DNA of 64,000 bases from Macrostomum hystrix (lineage: Eukaryota > Animalia > Platyhelminthes): the NCBI GenBank assembly GCA_950097015.1, contig CATNEN010000038.1:31744001-31808000 (forward strand), read 5' to 3'. The position numbers and the translations under genes are program-made. The notes below the pieces were generated by a model. That model saw only the letters and a list, made by a program, of their open reading frames with translations, made no database searches and had not been told where the DNA came from. Shown here in pieces: positions 62,060 to 64,000 of the stretch (position 1 is its first letter; each line of letters begins with the position of its first letter).

Positions 62060-63160
62060 TTTCCCTACTTCTCAATCCTATCAGCTCCCTACTTCTTTAT
62101 CATTCCCGCTCCCTACTTCTCTACCATTACCGCTCCCTACTTCTTTATCATACCCGCTCCCTACTTCTCTACCATTACCGCTCCCTACTTATCGACCATA
62201 TTCGCTCCCTACTTCTCTACCATATCCGCTCCCAACTTCTCGACCATATCCGCTCCCTACTTCTCTACCATTACCGCTCCCTACTTCTTTACCATTACCG
62301 CTCCCTACTTCTCGACCATATCCGCTCCCTACTTCTCTACCATTACCGCTCCCTACTTCTCTACCATTACCGCTCCCTACTTCTTTATCATACCCGCTCC
62401 CTACTTCTCTACCATATCTGCTCCCAACTTCTCGACCATATCCGCTCCCTACTTCTCTACCATTACCGCTCCCTACTTCTTTATCATACCCGCTCCCTAC
62501 TTCTCTACCATATCTGCTCCCTTCTTCTCTACCATATCCGCTCCCTACTTCTCTAACATTACCGCTCCCTACTTCTCTACCATTACCGCTCCCTACTTCT
62601 TTATCATACCCGCTCCCTACTTCTCTACCATATTCGCTCCCTACTTCTTTATCATACCCGCTCCCTACTTCTCTACCATTACCGCTCCCTACTTATCGAC
62701 CATATTCGCTCCCTACTTCTCTACCATATCCGCTCCCAACTTCTCGACCATATTCGCTCCCTACTTCTCTACCATATCCGCTCCCAACTTCTCGACCATA
62801 TCCGCTACCTACTTCTCTACCATTACCGCTCCCTTCTTCTCTACCATTACCGCTCCCTACTTCTCCACCATATCCGCTCCCTACTTCTCTACCATTACCA
62901 CTCCCTACTTCTCTACCACTACCGCTCCCAACTTCTCGACCATATCCGCTCCCTACTTCTCTACCATTACCGCTCCCTACTTCTCGACCATATCCGCTCC
63001 CTACTTCTCTACCATTACCACTCCCTACTTCTCTACCACTACCGCTCCCTACTTCTCTACCATTACCGCTCCCTACTTCTCGACCATATCCGCTCCCTAC
63101 TTCTCGACCATATCCGCTCCCAACTTCTCTACCATATCCGCTCCCTACTTCTCTAACCGC
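62060..63160. repeat. 24-bp minisatellite (CCGCTCCCTACTTCTCTACCATTA)n
   Basis: About 45 copies; produces the spurious [11 protein letters not shown]. Confidence 0.95.
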
Positions 63161-63305
63161 TCTCTACTTTTCAACTTTAACCAGTCTAATATCTAAGCAA
63201 TATGTGCCCTACAAGATCGACTACAAAATTTCTACTATTACCAGTGAAAGTTAAAGCACAAATGAGCACAAACCAGCCTCATTAAAATGACACCGGCAAG
63301 CTAGC

Positions 63306-64000
63306 TCAGTCCCAGTTTCTAGATAGTGCGTGGTCGATTGCGTAGCCGCCAAATTTGCAGGCGTAGTCGCTAATTCTGCGCAATTCACCGTCGGTGTGCC
63401 TCTGATAGAGCTTTTCAATGTTCAGGCCGGCGATGTTGTGCTCAATTCGCAGCGCTGCCTCCTTGCTCAGCATGACAACCAGGTCCAGCTGGAGTTGTTG
63501 AATACAATCACAGGAAATTGCTGGTTTAATGCCAAATTTGGTTGGGACTCACATTCCCTATCCACCTCTATATTGGAGGTCAGTGGCAGAGCTGTTAACG
63601 CGTCTGCCTCTCGCACCGAGGTCCCTGAGTTCGATTCCACGGCGAGGCCACATTTATATGGGGCGCAGCCGCGAATAGAAGGCTTGGGGGCATGTCGTGC
63701 AATTTACGCCCAATCTCCAAGGCACAGTGAGAGTGTTCACTGCCTGACGATGAGAAAGTCATGGCAGGTGTACACACCTGTGTGAGCGTGTGCCTGCGTA
63801 CAGTATCTGTGTGCGTGTGTGCTCAGGAGTCAGCGAAATGGGCAGAATTGCCTCCTCGCTGGTCTAGTGTCACTAAATAATTTGCCATTGCCGGCAGCCC
63901 TCCTGCAATTATTATTATTATTATAACTCTCTATATTAATACGAACCTCATTGTCAGCGGACCGCAAGCCGATGGACTTGGACCTGGACGCACGTGCGCA
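63306..64000 (-). CDS. acad9: Acyl-CoA dehydrogenase 9 / VLCAD-like, last two exons; complement(join(63306..63488,63947..>64000))
   Basis: CARASRSKSIGLRSADNE | LDLVVMLSKEAALRIEHNIAGLNIEKLYQRHTDGELRRISDYACKFGGYAIDHALSRNWD* resembles the ACAD9 C-terminus (SRASRSI.IGLRNHDHE...HPL.R, recalled); phase-0 GT..AG intron. Confidence 0.8.
63575..63928 (+). mobile_element. tRNA-derived SINE family A, full-length copy with TSD, antisense in the ACAD9 last intron
   Basis: A box TGGCAGAGCTG, B box GAGTTCGATTC, (ATT)n tail, 9-bp direct repeat CTCTATATT at 63566-63574 and 63929-63937. Confidence 0.88.

Noticed and set aside
62024-63196. 390-aa APYFSTIT mucin-like ORF
   Set aside because: Pure 24-bp tandem repeat with a TTG start, no signal peptide and no unique domain. 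Coding cannot be excluded without RNA data but is unsupported.
63575-63650. tRNA gene
   Set aside because: The A and B boxes belong to a SINE head that continues into a repeated body with tail and TSD; no convincing cloverleaf.

Overview
Eukaryotic (animal) genomic DNA with spliced genes and very dense intronic and intergenic minisatellites. The style suggests a free-living flatworm such as Macrostomum, but that is an inference only. Genes were assembled by hand from splice sites and reading frames: (1) a 6-exon acetylcholinesterase with a complete catalytic triad and a GPI-type tail (+, 2794-11167); (2) a PAK/STE20 kinase with a degenerate CRIB, a frameshift just after the VAVK lysine and no visible start exon (-, 14404-16948); (3) a CNBD1-like cyclic-nucleotide-binding protein (+, 18220-21413); (4) a 2-exon DEG/ENaC channel (+, 22493-25658); (5) a secreted Asn/Asp/Lys-rich repeat protein (+, 54953-56869); (6) a coiled-coil protein, possibly SSX2IP/ADIP-like (+, 57984-60210); (7) the last two exons of an ACAD9-like gene (-, 63306->64000), which the ORF track misses. 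The dominant structure, 26059-54094, is a head-to-tail dimer of a non-autonomous Helitron-like element (A|TC ... hairpin-CTAG|TC ... hairpin-CTAG|T). Each copy carries a 23-bp and an 18-bp satellite array. In copy 1 the 23-mer has expanded to about 20 kb with indel-free higher-order repeats. Also present are a tRNA-derived SINE family (4 copies, one split by a solo LTR), a second CORE-like SINE family and two solo LTRs with 4-bp TSDs. Most long ORFs in the supplied track are tandem-repeat artefacts.
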